Below are positions 15,001-27,379 of a stretch of DNA of 36,867 nt, piece by piece. Under the pieces are notes generated by a model that was given only the letters and a program-made list of their open reading frames with translations, did not search any database and was not told where the DNA came from. The stretch lies in NCBI GenBank assembly GCA_032718475.1, contig JAUCBJ010004738.1, forward strand, positions 1 to 36,867, in the 5' to 3' direction. The translations under genes and the position numbers were made by a program. Position 1 is the stretch's first letter, and every line of letters begins with the position of its first letter. The DNA is from Nemertoderma westbladi. Lineage: Eukaryota; Animalia; Xenacoelomorpha.

Positions 15001-18000
15001 GAACCGTGCAAGGAGCGTGTTTCATCTTACTGTACTAAACTTAGCCGAACCCTGCAAGGAGCGTGTTTCATCTTACTGTACTAAACTTACCCGAACCCTG
15101 CAAGGACCGTGTTTCATCTTACTGTACTAAACTTACCCGAACCGTGCAAGGAGCGTGTTTCATCTTACTGTACTAAACTTACCCGAACCGTGCAAGGAGC
15201 GTGTTTCATCTTACTGTACTAAACTTACCCGAACCGTGCAAGGAGCGTGTTTCATCTTACTGTACTAAACTTACCCGAACCGTGCAAGGAGCGTGTTTCA
15301 TCTTACTGTACTAAACTTACCCGAACCCTGCAAGGAGCGTGTTTCATCATACTGTACTAAACTTACCCGAACCCTGCAAGGAGCGTGTTTCATCATACTG
15401 TACTAAACTTACCCGAACCGTGCAAGGAGAGTGTTTCATCTTACTGTACTAAACTTACCCGAACCCTGCAAGGAGAGTGTTTCATCTTACTGTACTAAAC
15501 TTACCCGAACCCTGCAAGGAGAGTGTTTCATCTTACTGTACTAAACTTGCCCGAACCCTGCAAGGATCGTGTTTCATCTTACTGTACTAAACTTACCCGA
15601 ACCGTGCAAGGAGCGTGTTTCATCTTACTGTACTAAACTTACCCGAACCCTGCAAGGAGCGTGTTTCATCTTACTGTACTAAACTTACCCGAACCGTGCA
15701 AGGAGCGTGTTTCATCATACTGTACTAAACTTACCCGAACCCTGCAAGGAGCGTGTTTCATCATACTGTACTAAACTTACCCGAACCGTGCAAGGAGAGT
15801 GTTTCATCTTACTGTACTAAACTTACCCGAACCCTGCAAGGAGAGTGTTTCATCTTACTGTACTAAACTTACCCGAACCGTGCAAGGAGCGTGTTTCATC
15901 TTACTGTACTAAACTTACCCGAACCGTGCAAGGAGCGTGTTTCATCTTACTGTACTAAACTTACCCGAACCGTGCAAGGAGCGTGTTTCATCTTACTGTA
16001 CTAAACTTACCCGAACCGTGCAAGGAGCGTGTTTCATCTTACTGTACTAAACTTACCCGAACCCTGCAAGGAGCGTGTTTCATCATACTGTACTAAACTT
16101 ACCCGAACCGTGCAAGGAGCGTGTTTCATCATACTGTACTAAACTTACCCGAACCGTGCAAGGAGCGTGTTTCATCTTACTGTACTAAACTTACCCGAAC
16201 CGTGCAAGGAACGTGTTTCATCTTACTGTACTAAACTTACCCGAACCCTGCAAGGAGCGTGTTTCATCTTACTGTACTAAACTTGCCCGAACCCTGCAAG
16301 GAGCGTGTTTCATTTTACTGTACTAAACTTACCCGAACCGTGCAAGGAGCGTGTTTCATCTTACTGTACTAAACAGACACGAACCCTGCAAGGAGCGTGT
16401 TTCATCTTACTGTACTAAACTTACCCGAACCCTGCAAGGAGCGTGATTCGTCTTACTGTACTAAACTTACCCGAACCCTGCAAGGAGCGTGTTTCATCTT
16501 ACTGTACTAAACTTACCCGAACCGTGCAAGGAGCGTGTTTCATCTTACTGTACTAAACTTACCCGAACCGTGCAAGGAGCGTGTTTCATCTTACTGTACT
16601 AAACTTACCCGAACCGTGCAAGGAGCGTGTTTCATCTTACTGTACTAAACTTACCCGAACCCTGCAAGGAGCGTGTTTCATCTTACTGTACTAAACTTAC
16701 CCGAACCCTGCAAGGAGCGTGTTTCATCTTACTGTACTAAACTTACCCGAACCGTGCAAGGAGCGTGTTTCATCTTACTGTACTAAACTTACCCGAACCG
16801 TGCAAGGAGCGTGTTTCATCTTACTGTACTAAACTTACCCGAACCGTGCAAGGAGCGTGTTTCATCATACTGTACTAAACTTATCCGAACCGTGCAAGGA
16901 GCGTGTTTCATCTTACTGTACTAAACTTACCCGAACCCTGCAAGGACCGTGTTTCATCTTACTGTACTAAACTTACACGAACCCTGCAAGGAGCGTGTTT
17001 CATCTTACTGTACTAAACTTACCCGAACCGTGCAAGGAGCGTGTTTCATCTTACTGTACTAAACTTACCCGAACCGTGCAAGGAGCGTGTTTCATCTTAC
17101 TGTACTAAACTTACCCGAACCCTGCAAGGAGCGTGTTTCATCTTACTGTACTAAACTTACCCGAACCCTGCAAGGAGCGTGTTTCATCTTACTGTACTAA
17201 ACTTGCCCGAACCCTGCAAGGAGCGTGTTTCATTTTACTGTACTAAACTTACCCGAACCCTGCAAGGAGCGTGTTTCATTTTACTGTACTAAACTTACCC
17301 GAACCGTGCAAGGAGCGTGTTTCATCTTACTGTACTAAACTTACCCGAACCCTGCAAGGAGAGTGTTTCATCTTACTGTACTAAACTTACCCGAACCGTG
17401 CAAGGAGCGTGTTTCATCTTACTGTACTAAACTTACCCGAACCCTGCAAGGAGAGTGTTTCATCTTACTGTACTAAACTTACCCGAACCGTGCAAGGAGC
17501 GTGTTTCATCTTACTGTACTAAACTTACCCGAACCGTGCAAGGAGCGTGTTTCATCTTACTGTACTAAACTTACCCGAACCGTGCAAGAATCGTGTTTCA
17601 TCTTACTGTACTAAACTTACCCGAACCGTGCAAGGAGCGTGTTTCATCTTACTGTACTAAACTTACCCGAACCGTGCAAGGAGCGTGTTTCATCTTACTG
17701 TACTAAGCGTTTCATCTTACTGTACTAAACTTACCCGAACCGTGCAAGGAGCGTGTTTCATCTTACTGTACTAAACTTACCCGAACCCTGCAAGGACCGT
17801 GTTTCATCTTACTGTACTAAACTTAGCCGAACCCTGCAAGGAGCGTGTTTCATCTTACTGTACTAAACTTACCCGAACCCTGCAAGGAGAGTGTTTCATC
17901 TTACTGTACTAAACTTACCCGAACCGTGCAAGGAGCGTGTTTCATCTTACTGTACTAAACTTACCCGAACCCTGCAAGGAGCGTGTTTCATCTTACTGTA

Positions 18001-21000
18001 CTAAACTTACCCGAACCGTGCAAGGAGCGTGTTTCATCTTACTGTACTAAACTTACCCGAACCGTGCAAGGAGCGTGTTTCATCTTACTGTACTAAACTT
18101 ACCCGAACCGTGCAAGGAGCGTGTATCATCTTACTGTACTAAACTTACCCGAACCGTGCAAGGAGCGTGTTTCATCTTACTGTACTAAACTTACCCGAAC
18201 CGTGCAAGGAGCGTGTTTCATCTTACTGTACTAAACTTACCCGAACCGTGCAAGGAGCGTGTTTCATCTTACTGTACTAAACTTACCCGAACCGTGCAAG
18301 GAGCGTGTATCATCTTACTGTACTAAACTTACCCGAACCGTGCAAGGAGCGTGTTTCATCTTACTGTACTAAACTTACCCGAACCGTGCAAGGAGCGTGT
18401 TTCATCTTACTGTACTAAACTTACCCGAACCCTGCAAGGAGCGTGTTTCATCTTACTGTACTAAACTTACCCGAACCGTGCAAGGAGCGTGTTTCATCTT
18501 ACTGTACTAATCTTAACCGAACTGTGCAAGGAGCGTGTTTCATCTTACTGTACTAAACTTACCCGAACCGTGCAAGGAGCGTGTTTCATCTTACTGTACT
18601 AAACTTACCCGAACCCTGCAAGGAGCGTGTTTCATCTTACTGTACTAAACTGTACTAAACTTACCCGAACCCTGCAAGGAGCGTGTTTCATCTTACTGTA
18701 CTAAACTGTACTAAACTTACCCGAACCGTGCAAGGAGCGTGTTTCATCTTACTGTACTAAACTTACCCGAATCCTGCAAGGAGCGTGTTTCATCTTACTG
18801 TACTAAACTTACCCGAACCGTGCAAGGAGCGTATTTCATCTTACTGTACTAAACTTACCCGAACCGTGCAAGGAGCGTGTTTCATCTTACTGTACTAAAC
18901 TTACCCGAACCGTGCAAGGAGCGTGTTTCATCTTACTGTACTAAACTTACTCGAACCGTGCAAGGAGCGTATTTCATCTTACTGTACTAAACTTACCCGA
19001 ACCCTGCAAGGAGCGTGTTTCATCTTACTGTACTAAACTTACCCGAACCGTGCAAGGAGCGTGTTTCATCTTACTGTACTAAACTTACCCGAATCCTGCA
19101 AGGAGCGTGTTTCATCTTACTGTACTAAACTTACCCGAACCGTGCAAGGAGCGTGTTTCATCTTACTGTACTAAACTTACCCGAACCGTGCAAGGAGCGT
19201 GTTTCATCTTACTGTACTAAACTTACCCGAACCGTGCAAGGACCGTGTTTCATCTTACTGTACTAAACTTTCTCGAACCGTGCAAGGACCGTGTTTCATC
19301 TTACTGTACTAAACTTACCCGAACCGTGCAAGGACCGTGTTTCATCTTACTGTACTAAACTAACCCGTACCGTGCAAGGACCGTGTTTCATCTTACTGTA
19401 CTAAACTTACCCGAACCGTGCAAGGAGCGTGTTTCATCTTACTGTACTAAACTTACCCGAACCGTGCAAGGACCGTGTTTCATCTTACTGTACTAAACTT
19501 ACCCGAACCGTGCAAGGAGCGTGTTTCATCTTACTGTACTAAACTTACCCGAACCGTGCAAGGAGCGTGTTTCATCTTACTGTACTAAACTTACCCGAAT
19601 CCTGCAAGGAGCGTGTTTCATCTTACTGTACTAAACTTACCCGAACCGTGCAAGGAGCGTGTTTCATCTTACTGTACTAAACTTACCCGAACCCTGCAAG
19701 GAGTGTGTTTCATCTTACTGTACTAAACTTACTCGAACCGTGCAAGGAGCGTATTTCATCTTACTGTACTAAACTGTACTAAACTTACCCGAACCGTGCA
19801 AGGAGCGTGTTTCATCTTACTGTACTAAACTTACTCGAACCGTGCAAGGAGCGTATTTCATCTTACTGTACTAAACTGTACTAAACTTACCCGAACCGTG
19901 CAAGGAGCGTGTTTCATCTTACTGTACTAAACATACCCGAACCATGCAAGGAGCGTGTTTCATCTTGCTGTACTAAACATACCCGAACCATGCAAGGAGC
20001 GTGTTTCATCTTACTGTACTAAACTTACTCGAACCGTGCAAGGAGCGTATTTCATCTTACTGTACTAAACTGTACTAAACTTACCCGAACCGTGCAAGGA
20101 GCGTGTTTCATCTTACTGTACTAAACATACCCGAACCATGCAAGGAGCGTGTTTCATCTTGCTGTACTAAACATACCCGAACCATGCAAGGAGCGTGTTT
20201 CATCTTACTGTACTAAACATACCCGAACCATGCAAGGAGCGTGTTTCATCTTGCTGTACTAAACATACCCGAACCATGCAAGGAGCGTGTTTCATCTTAC
20301 TGTACTAAACTTACCCGAACCGTGCAAGGAGCGTGTTTCATCTTACTGTACTAAACTTACCCGAACCCTGCAAGGAGCGTGTTTCATCTTACTGTACTAA
20401 ACTTACTCGAACCGTGCAAGGAGCGTGTTTCATCTTGCTGTACTAAACTTACCCGAACCGTGCAAGGAGCGTGTTTCATCTTGCTGTACTAAACTTACCC
20501 GAACCGTGCAAGGAGCGTGTTTCATCTTACTGTACTAAACTTACCCGAATCCTGCAAGGAGCGTGTTTCATCTTACTGTACTAAACTTACCCGAATCCTG
20601 CAAGGAGCGTGTTTCATCTTACTGTACTAAACTTACCCGAACCGTGCAAGGAGCGTGTTTCATCTTACTGTACTAAACTTAACCGAACCGTGCAAGGAGC
20701 GTGTTTCATCTTGCTGTACTAAACTTACCCGAACCGTGCAAGGAGCGTGTTTCATCTTGCTGTACTAAACTTACCCGAACCGTGCAAGGAGCGTGTTTCA
20801 TCTTACTGTACTAAACATACCCGAACCGTGCAAGGAGAGTGTTTCATCTTGCTGTACTAAACTTAACCGAACCGTGCAAGGAGCGTGTTTCATCTTGCTG
20901 TACTAAACTTACCCGAACCGTGCAAGGAGCGTGTTTCATCTTACTGTACTAAACATACCCGAACCGTGCAAGGAGAGTGTTTCATCTTGCTGTACTAAAC

Positions 21001-24000
21001 TTACCCGAACCGTGCAAGGAGCGTGTTTCATCTTACTGTACTAAACATACCCGAACCGTGCAAGGAGAGTGTTTCATCTTGCTGTACTAAACTTAACCGA
21101 ACCGTGCAAGGAGCGTGTTTCATCTTGCTGTACTAAACTTACCCGAACCGTGCAAGGAGCGTGTTTCATCTTACTGTACTAAACATACCCGAACCGTGCA
21201 AGGAGAGTGTTTCATCTTACTGTACTAAACTTACCCGAACCGTGCAAGGAGCGTGTTTCATCTTACTGTACTAAACTTACCCGAACCCTGCAAGGAGCGT
21301 GTTTCATCTTACTGTACTAAACTTACCCGAACCCTGCAAGGAGCGTGTTTCATCTTACTGTACTAAACTTACCCGAACCGTGCAAGGAGCATGTTTCATC
21401 TTACTGTACTAAACTTACCCGAATCCTGCAAGGAGCGTGTTTCATCTTACTGTACTAAACTTACCCGAACCGTGCAAGGAGCGTGTTTCATCTTACTGTA
21501 CTAAACTTACCCGAACCGTGCAAGGAGCGTGTTTCATCTTACTGTACTAAACTTACCCGAACCCTGCAAGGAGCGTGTTTCATCTTACTGTACTAAACTT
21601 ACCCGAATCCTGCAAGGAGCGTGTTTCATCTTACTGTACTAAACTTACCCGAACCGTGCAAGGACCGTGTTTCATCTTACTGTACTAAACTTACCCGAAT
21701 CCTGCAAGGAGCGTGTTTCATCTTACTGTACTAAACTTACCCGAATCCTGCAAGGAGCGTGTTTCATCTTACTGTACTAAACTTACCCGAACCGTGCAAG
21801 GAGCGTGTTTCATCTTACTGTACTAAACTTACCCGAATCCTGCAAGGAGCGTGTTTCATCTTACTGTACTAAACTTACCCGAACCGTGCAAGGAGCGTGT
21901 TTCATCTTACTGTATTAAACTTACCCGAATCCTGCAAGGAGCGTGTTTCATCTTACTGTACTAAACTTACCCGAATCCTGCAAGGAGCGTGTTTCATCTT
22001 ACTGTACTAAACTTACCCGAACCGTGCAAGGAGCGTGTTTCATCTTACTGTACTAAACTTACCCGAATCCTGCAAGGAGCGTGTTTCATCTTACTGTACT
22101 AAATTTACCCGAACCGTGCAAGGAGCGTGTTTCATCTTGCTGTACTAAACTTACCCGAACCGTGCAAGGAGCGTGTTTCATCTTACTGTACTAAACATAC
22201 CCGAACCGTGCAAGGAGAGTGTTTCATCTTGCTGTACTAAACTTACCCGAACCGTGCAAGGAGCGTGTTTCATCTTACTGTACTAAACATACCCGAACCG
22301 TGCAAGGAGAGTGTTTCATCTTGCTGTACTAAACTTAACCGAACCGTGCAAGGAGCGTGTTTCATCTTGCTGTACTAAACTTACCCGAACCGTGCAAGGA
22401 GCGTGTTTCATCTTACTGTACTAAACATACCCGAACCGTGCAAGGAGAGTGTTTCATCTTACTGTACTAAACTTACCCGAACCGTGCAAGGAGCGTGTTT
22501 CATCTTACTGTACTAAACTTACCCGAACCCTGCAAGGAGCGTGTTTCATCTTACTGTACTAAACTTACCCGAACCCTGCAAGGAGCGTGTTTCATCTTAC
22601 TGTACTAAACTTACCCGAACCGTGCAAGGAGCATGTTTCATCTTACTGTACTAAACTTACCCGAATCCTGCAAGGAGCGTGTTTCATCTTACTGTACTAA
22701 ACTTACCCGAACCGTGCAAGGAGCGTGTTTCATCTTACTGTACTAAACTTACCCGAACCGTGCAAGGAGCGTGTTTCATCTTACTGTACTAAACTTACCC
22801 GAACCCTGCAAGGAGCGTGTTTCATCTTACTGTACTAAACTTACCCGAATCCTGCAAGGAGCGTGTTTCATCTTACTGTACTAAACTTACCCGAACCGTG
22901 CAAGGACCGTGTTTCATCTTACTGTACTAAACTTACCCGAATCCTGCAAGGAGCGTGTTTCATCTTACTGTACTAAACTTACCCGAATCCTGCAAGGAGC
23001 GTGTTTCATCTTACTGTACTAAACTTACCCGAACCGTGCAAGGAGCGTGTTTCATCTTACTGTACTAAACTTACCCGAATCCTGCAAGGAGCGTGTTTCA
23101 TCTTACTGTACTAAACTTACCCGAACCGTGCAAGGAGCGTGTTTCATCTTACTGTACTAAACTTACCCGAACCGTGCAAGGAGCGTGTTTCATCTTACTG
23201 TACTAAACTTACCCGAACCGTGCAAGGAGCGTGTTTCATCTTACTGTACTAAACTTACCCGAATCCTGCAAGGAGCGTGTTTCATCTTACTGTACTAAAC
23301 TTACCCGAACCGTGCAAGGAGCGTGTTTCATCTTACTGTACTAAACTTACCCGAACCGTGCAAGGAGCGTGTTTCATCTTACTGTACTAAACTTACCCGA
23401 ACCCTGCAAGGAGCGTGTTTCATCTTACTGTACTAAACTTACCCGAACCGTGCAAGGAGCGTGTTTCATCTTACTGTACTAAACTTACCCGAACCGTGCA
23501 AGGAGCGTGTTTCATCTTACTGTACTAAACTTACCCGAACCCTGCAAGGAGCGTGTTTCATCTTACTGTACTAAACTTACCCGAATCCTGCAAGGAGCGT
23601 GTTTCATCTTACTGTACTAAACTTACCCGAACCGTGCAAGGACCGTGTTTCATCTTACTGTACTAAACTTACCCGAATCCTGCAAGGAGCGTGTTTCATC
23701 TTACTGTACTAAACTTACCCGAATCCTGCAAGGAGCGTGTTTCATCTTACTGTACTAAACTTACCCGAACCGTGCAAGGAGCGTGTTTCATCTTACTGTA
23801 CTAAACTTACCCGAATCCTGCAAGGAGCGTGTTTCATCTTACTGTACTAAACTTACCCGAACCGTGCAAGGAGCGTGTTTCATCTTACTGTACTAAACTT
23901 ACCCGAACCGTGCAAGGAGCGTGTTTCATCTTACTGTACTAAACTTACCCGAACCGTGCAAGGAGCGTGTTTCATCTTACTGTACTAAACTTACCCGAAT

Positions 24001-26642
24001 CCTGCAAGGAGCGTGTTTCATCTTACTGTACTAAACTTACCCGAACCGTGCAAGGAGCGTGTTTCATCTTACTGTACTAAACTTACCCGAACCGTGCAAG
24101 GAGCGTGTTTCATCTTACTGTACTAAACTTACCCGAACCCTGCAAGGAGCGTGTTTCATCTTACTGTACTAAACTTACCCGAATCCTGCAAGGAGCGTGT
24201 TTCATCTTACTGTACTAAACTTACCCGAACCGTGCAAGGACCGTGTTTCATCTTACTGTACTAAACTTACCCGAATCCTGCAAGGAGCGTGTTTCATCTT
24301 ACTGTACTAAACTTACCCGAATCCTGCAAGGAGCGTGTTTCATCTTACTGTACTAAACTTACCCGAACCGTGCAAGGAGCGTGTTTCATCTTACTGTACT
24401 AAACTTACCCGAATCCTGCAAGGAGCGTGTTTCATCTTACTGTACTAAACTTACCCGAACCGTGCAAGGAGCGTGTTTCATCTTACTGTACTAAACTTAC
24501 CCGAACCGTGCAAGGAGCGTGTTTCATCTTACTGTACTAAACTTACCCGAACCGTGCAAGGAGCGTGTTTCATCTTACTGTACTAAACTTACCCGAACCG
24601 TGCAAGGAGCGTGTTTCATCTTACTGTACTAAACTTACCCGAACCGTGCAAGGAGCGTGTTTCATCTTACTGTACTAAACTTACCCGAACCCTGCAAGGA
24701 GCGTGTTTCATCTTACTGTACTAAACTTACCCGAATCCTGCAAGGAGCGTGTTTCATCTTACTGTACTAAACTTACCCGAATCCTGCAAGGAGCGTGTTT
24801 CATCTTACTGTACTAAACTTACCCGAACCGTGCAAGGAGCGTGTTTCATCTTACTGTACTAAACTTACCCGAATCCTGCAAGGAGCGTGTTTCATCTTAC
24901 TGTACTAAACTTACCCGAACCGTGCAAGGAGCGTGTTTCATCTTACTGTACTAAACTTACCCGAACCCTGCAAGGAGCGTGTTTCATCTTACTGTACTAA
25001 ACTTACCCGAACCCTGCAAGGAGAGTGTTTCATCTTACTGTACTAAACTTACCCGAACCGTGCAAGGAGCGCGTTTCATCTTGCTGTACTAAACTTACCC
25101 GAACCGTGCAAGACCGTGTTTCATCTTACTGTACTAAACTTACTCGAACCGTGCAAGGAGCGGGTTTCATCTTACTGTACTAAACTTACCCGAACCGTGC
25201 AAGGACCGTGTTTCATCTTACTGTACTAAACTTACCCGAACCCTGCAAGGAGCGCGTTTCATCTTGCTGTACTAAACTTACCCGAACCGTGCAAGGACCG
25301 TGTTTCATCTTACTGTACTAAACTTACTCGAACCGTGCAAGGAGCGGGTTTCATCTTACTGTACTAAACTTACCCGAACCGTGCAAGGACCGTGTTTCAT
25401 CTTACTGTACTAAACTTACCCGAACCCTGCAAGGAGAGTGTTTCATCTTACTGTACTAAACTTACCCGAACCGTGCAAGGAGCGCGTTTCATCTTGCTGT
25501 ACTAAACTTACCCGAACCGTGCAAGGAGCGTGTTTCATATTACTGTACTAAACTTACTCGAACCGTGCAAGGAGCGGGTTTCATCTTACTGTACTAAACT
25601 TACCCGAACCGTGCAAGGACCGTGTTTCATCTTACTGTACTAAACTTACCCGAATCCTGCAAGGAGCGTGTTTCATCTTACTGTACTAAACTTACCCGAA
25701 CCCTGCAAGGAGCGTGTTTCATCTTACTGTACTAAACTTACCCGAACCCTGCAAGGACCGTGTTTCATCTTACTGTACTAAACTTACACGAACCCTGCAA
25801 GGAGCGCGTTTCATCTTACTGTACTAAACTTACACGAACCCTGCAAGGAGCGCGTTTCATCTTACTGTACTAAACTTACCCGAACCGTGCAAGGAGCGTG
25901 TTTCATCTTACTGTACTAAACTTACCCGAACCCTGCAAGGAGCGTGTTTCATCTTACTGTACTAAACTTACCCGAACCGTGCAAGGAGCGTGTTTCATCT
26001 TACTGTACTAAACTTACACGAACCCTGCAAGGAGCGCGTTTCATCTTACTGTACTAAACTTACCCGAACCGTGCAAGGAGCGTGTTTCATCTTACTGTAC
26101 TAAACTTACCCGAACCGTGCAAGAATCGTGTTTCATCTTACTGTACTAAACTTACCCGAACCGTGCAAGGAGAGTGTTTCATCTTACTGTACTAAACTTA
26201 CCGAACCGTGCAAGGACCGTGTTTCATCTTACTGTACTAAACTTACACGAACCCTGCAAGGAGCGCGTTTCATCTTACTGTACTAAACTTACCCGAACCG
26301 TGCAAGGAGCGTGTTTCATCTTACTGTACTAAACTTACCCGAACCGTGCAAGGACCGTGTTTCATCTTACTGTACTAAACTTACACGAACCCTGCAAGGA
26401 GCGCGTTTCATCTTACTGTACTAAACTTACCCGAACCGTGCAAGGAGCGTGTTTCATCTTACTGTACTAAACTTACCCGAACCGTGCAAGGAGCGTGTTT
26501 CATCTTACTGTACTAAACTTACCCGAACCCTGCAAGGAGCGTGTTTCATCTTACTGTACTAAACTTACCCGAACCCTGCAAGGAGCGTGTTTCATCTTAC
26601 TGTACTAAACTTACCCGAACCGTGCAAGGAGCGCGTTTCATC
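1..26642. repeat. 46-bp tandem satellite array (~580 monomers; probably continues beyond the left edge of the window)
   Basis: Consensus GAACCGTGCAAGGAGCGTGTTTCATCTTACTGTACTAAACTTACCC (46 nt, 21/46 GC) repeats head-to-tail with 0-3 substitutions in most monomers. The register recurs every 1380 bp (e.g. 7021 and 8401). The last monomer ends ...GCGCGTTTCATC at 26642. Confidence 0.99.
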
Positions 26643-26656
26643 GTTATTGCCAAAGG

Positions 26657-26700
26657 TCCCGGCGTCTCGCTTGCATCCGGGAATTCCGGATGGACACTGA
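26657..26700 (+). other. GC-rich hairpin module directly after the satellite
   Basis: CATCCGG (26674-80) / GAATT loop / CCGGATG (26686-92) forms a perfect 7-bp stem. TCCCGG (26657-62) can alternatively pair with CCGGGA (26677-82). GACACTGA follows. Confidence 0.7.
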
Positions 26701-27070
26701 ATGAAATAAAGAATTCACTATAAAGTTCAGTTAGTATGGAATGGGAGTGGATGAAAAATATATTCGTAACTGAATTTAAATCACCCCAAATGTTATATTA
26801 TAATGTTATAAATGATATAATGTTAGATATTTAGCTACTTTAGATAAAGATGACTCAGCGCCAAAGATATTTGTTGAGAGCTCAATATATTAAATTATTT
26901 CAAAATATTTGTATAGGTTATCTGTGGGACGAGTAATGAATTCATAGAGCTTAACATATGGGGAACATTATTTCTACAGTTGCCTGTCGATTGCTAGGTC
27001 TGTCTTTCTGACGGTCGAGAGTTTATGTTTCAGGTTAAATAACTTGGTACATTAGAATTGACCTAGGTGG

Positions 27071-27205
27071 AAAAGGCAAAAAGGCAAAAAGGCAAAAAGG
27101 CAAAAAGGCAAAAAGGCAAAAAGGCAAAAAGGCAAAAAGGCAAAAAGGCAAAAAGGCAAAAAGGCAAAAAGGCAAAAAGGCAAAAAGGCAAAAAGGCAAA
27201 AAGGC
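27071..27205 (+). repeat. (AAAAAGGC)n 8-bp microsatellite, ~17 copies
   Basis: AAAAGGC followed by 16 perfect AAAAAGGC units, read directly. Confidence 0.98.
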
Positions 27206-27379
27206 TCAAAAGTTCTTCAGTCTGCCGCTTGTAGCGTGCGAAATATCTGAAAGTGAAAAACTTCACTATTTTCGTTGTTATAATCCGATGAAGCAGACAT
27301 ATTATAGTATCCGTACTAGACCTATTATGGCTCTGTAAAGAACTCACTGACTACAGTAGGTGTACGTTTCATTAATAAA

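Noticed and set aside
1-26642. CRISPR array
   Set aside because: Monomers abut directly with no unique spacers, no cas genes are present, and the context is eukaryotic TEs.
1-26642. Telomeric repeat (CTAAACTTACCC, occasional CCCTAAA)
   Set aside because: The unit is 46 bp with little strand bias (G9/C12), and variant domains indicate recombination or duplication rather than templated synthesis. A subtelomeric location cannot be excluded.
26541-26723. 60-aa ORF or coding repeat
   Set aside because: It is read-out of the last monomers. The satellite has a TAA every 138 bp in each + frame and several stops on the minus strand.
27063-27347. 94-aa ORF with FAFLPFCL repeats
   Set aside because: It is the translation of the (GCCTTTTT)n microsatellite.
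27355-27365. LINE TSD candidate AGTAGGTGTAC vs AGTAGGTCTAC (36658-68)
   Set aside because: The match is 10/11, but AGTAGG is locally common (also near 27630, 28016, 36695, 36727), and this boundary would place the putative old RT relic inside the 5' UTR. Unresolved.
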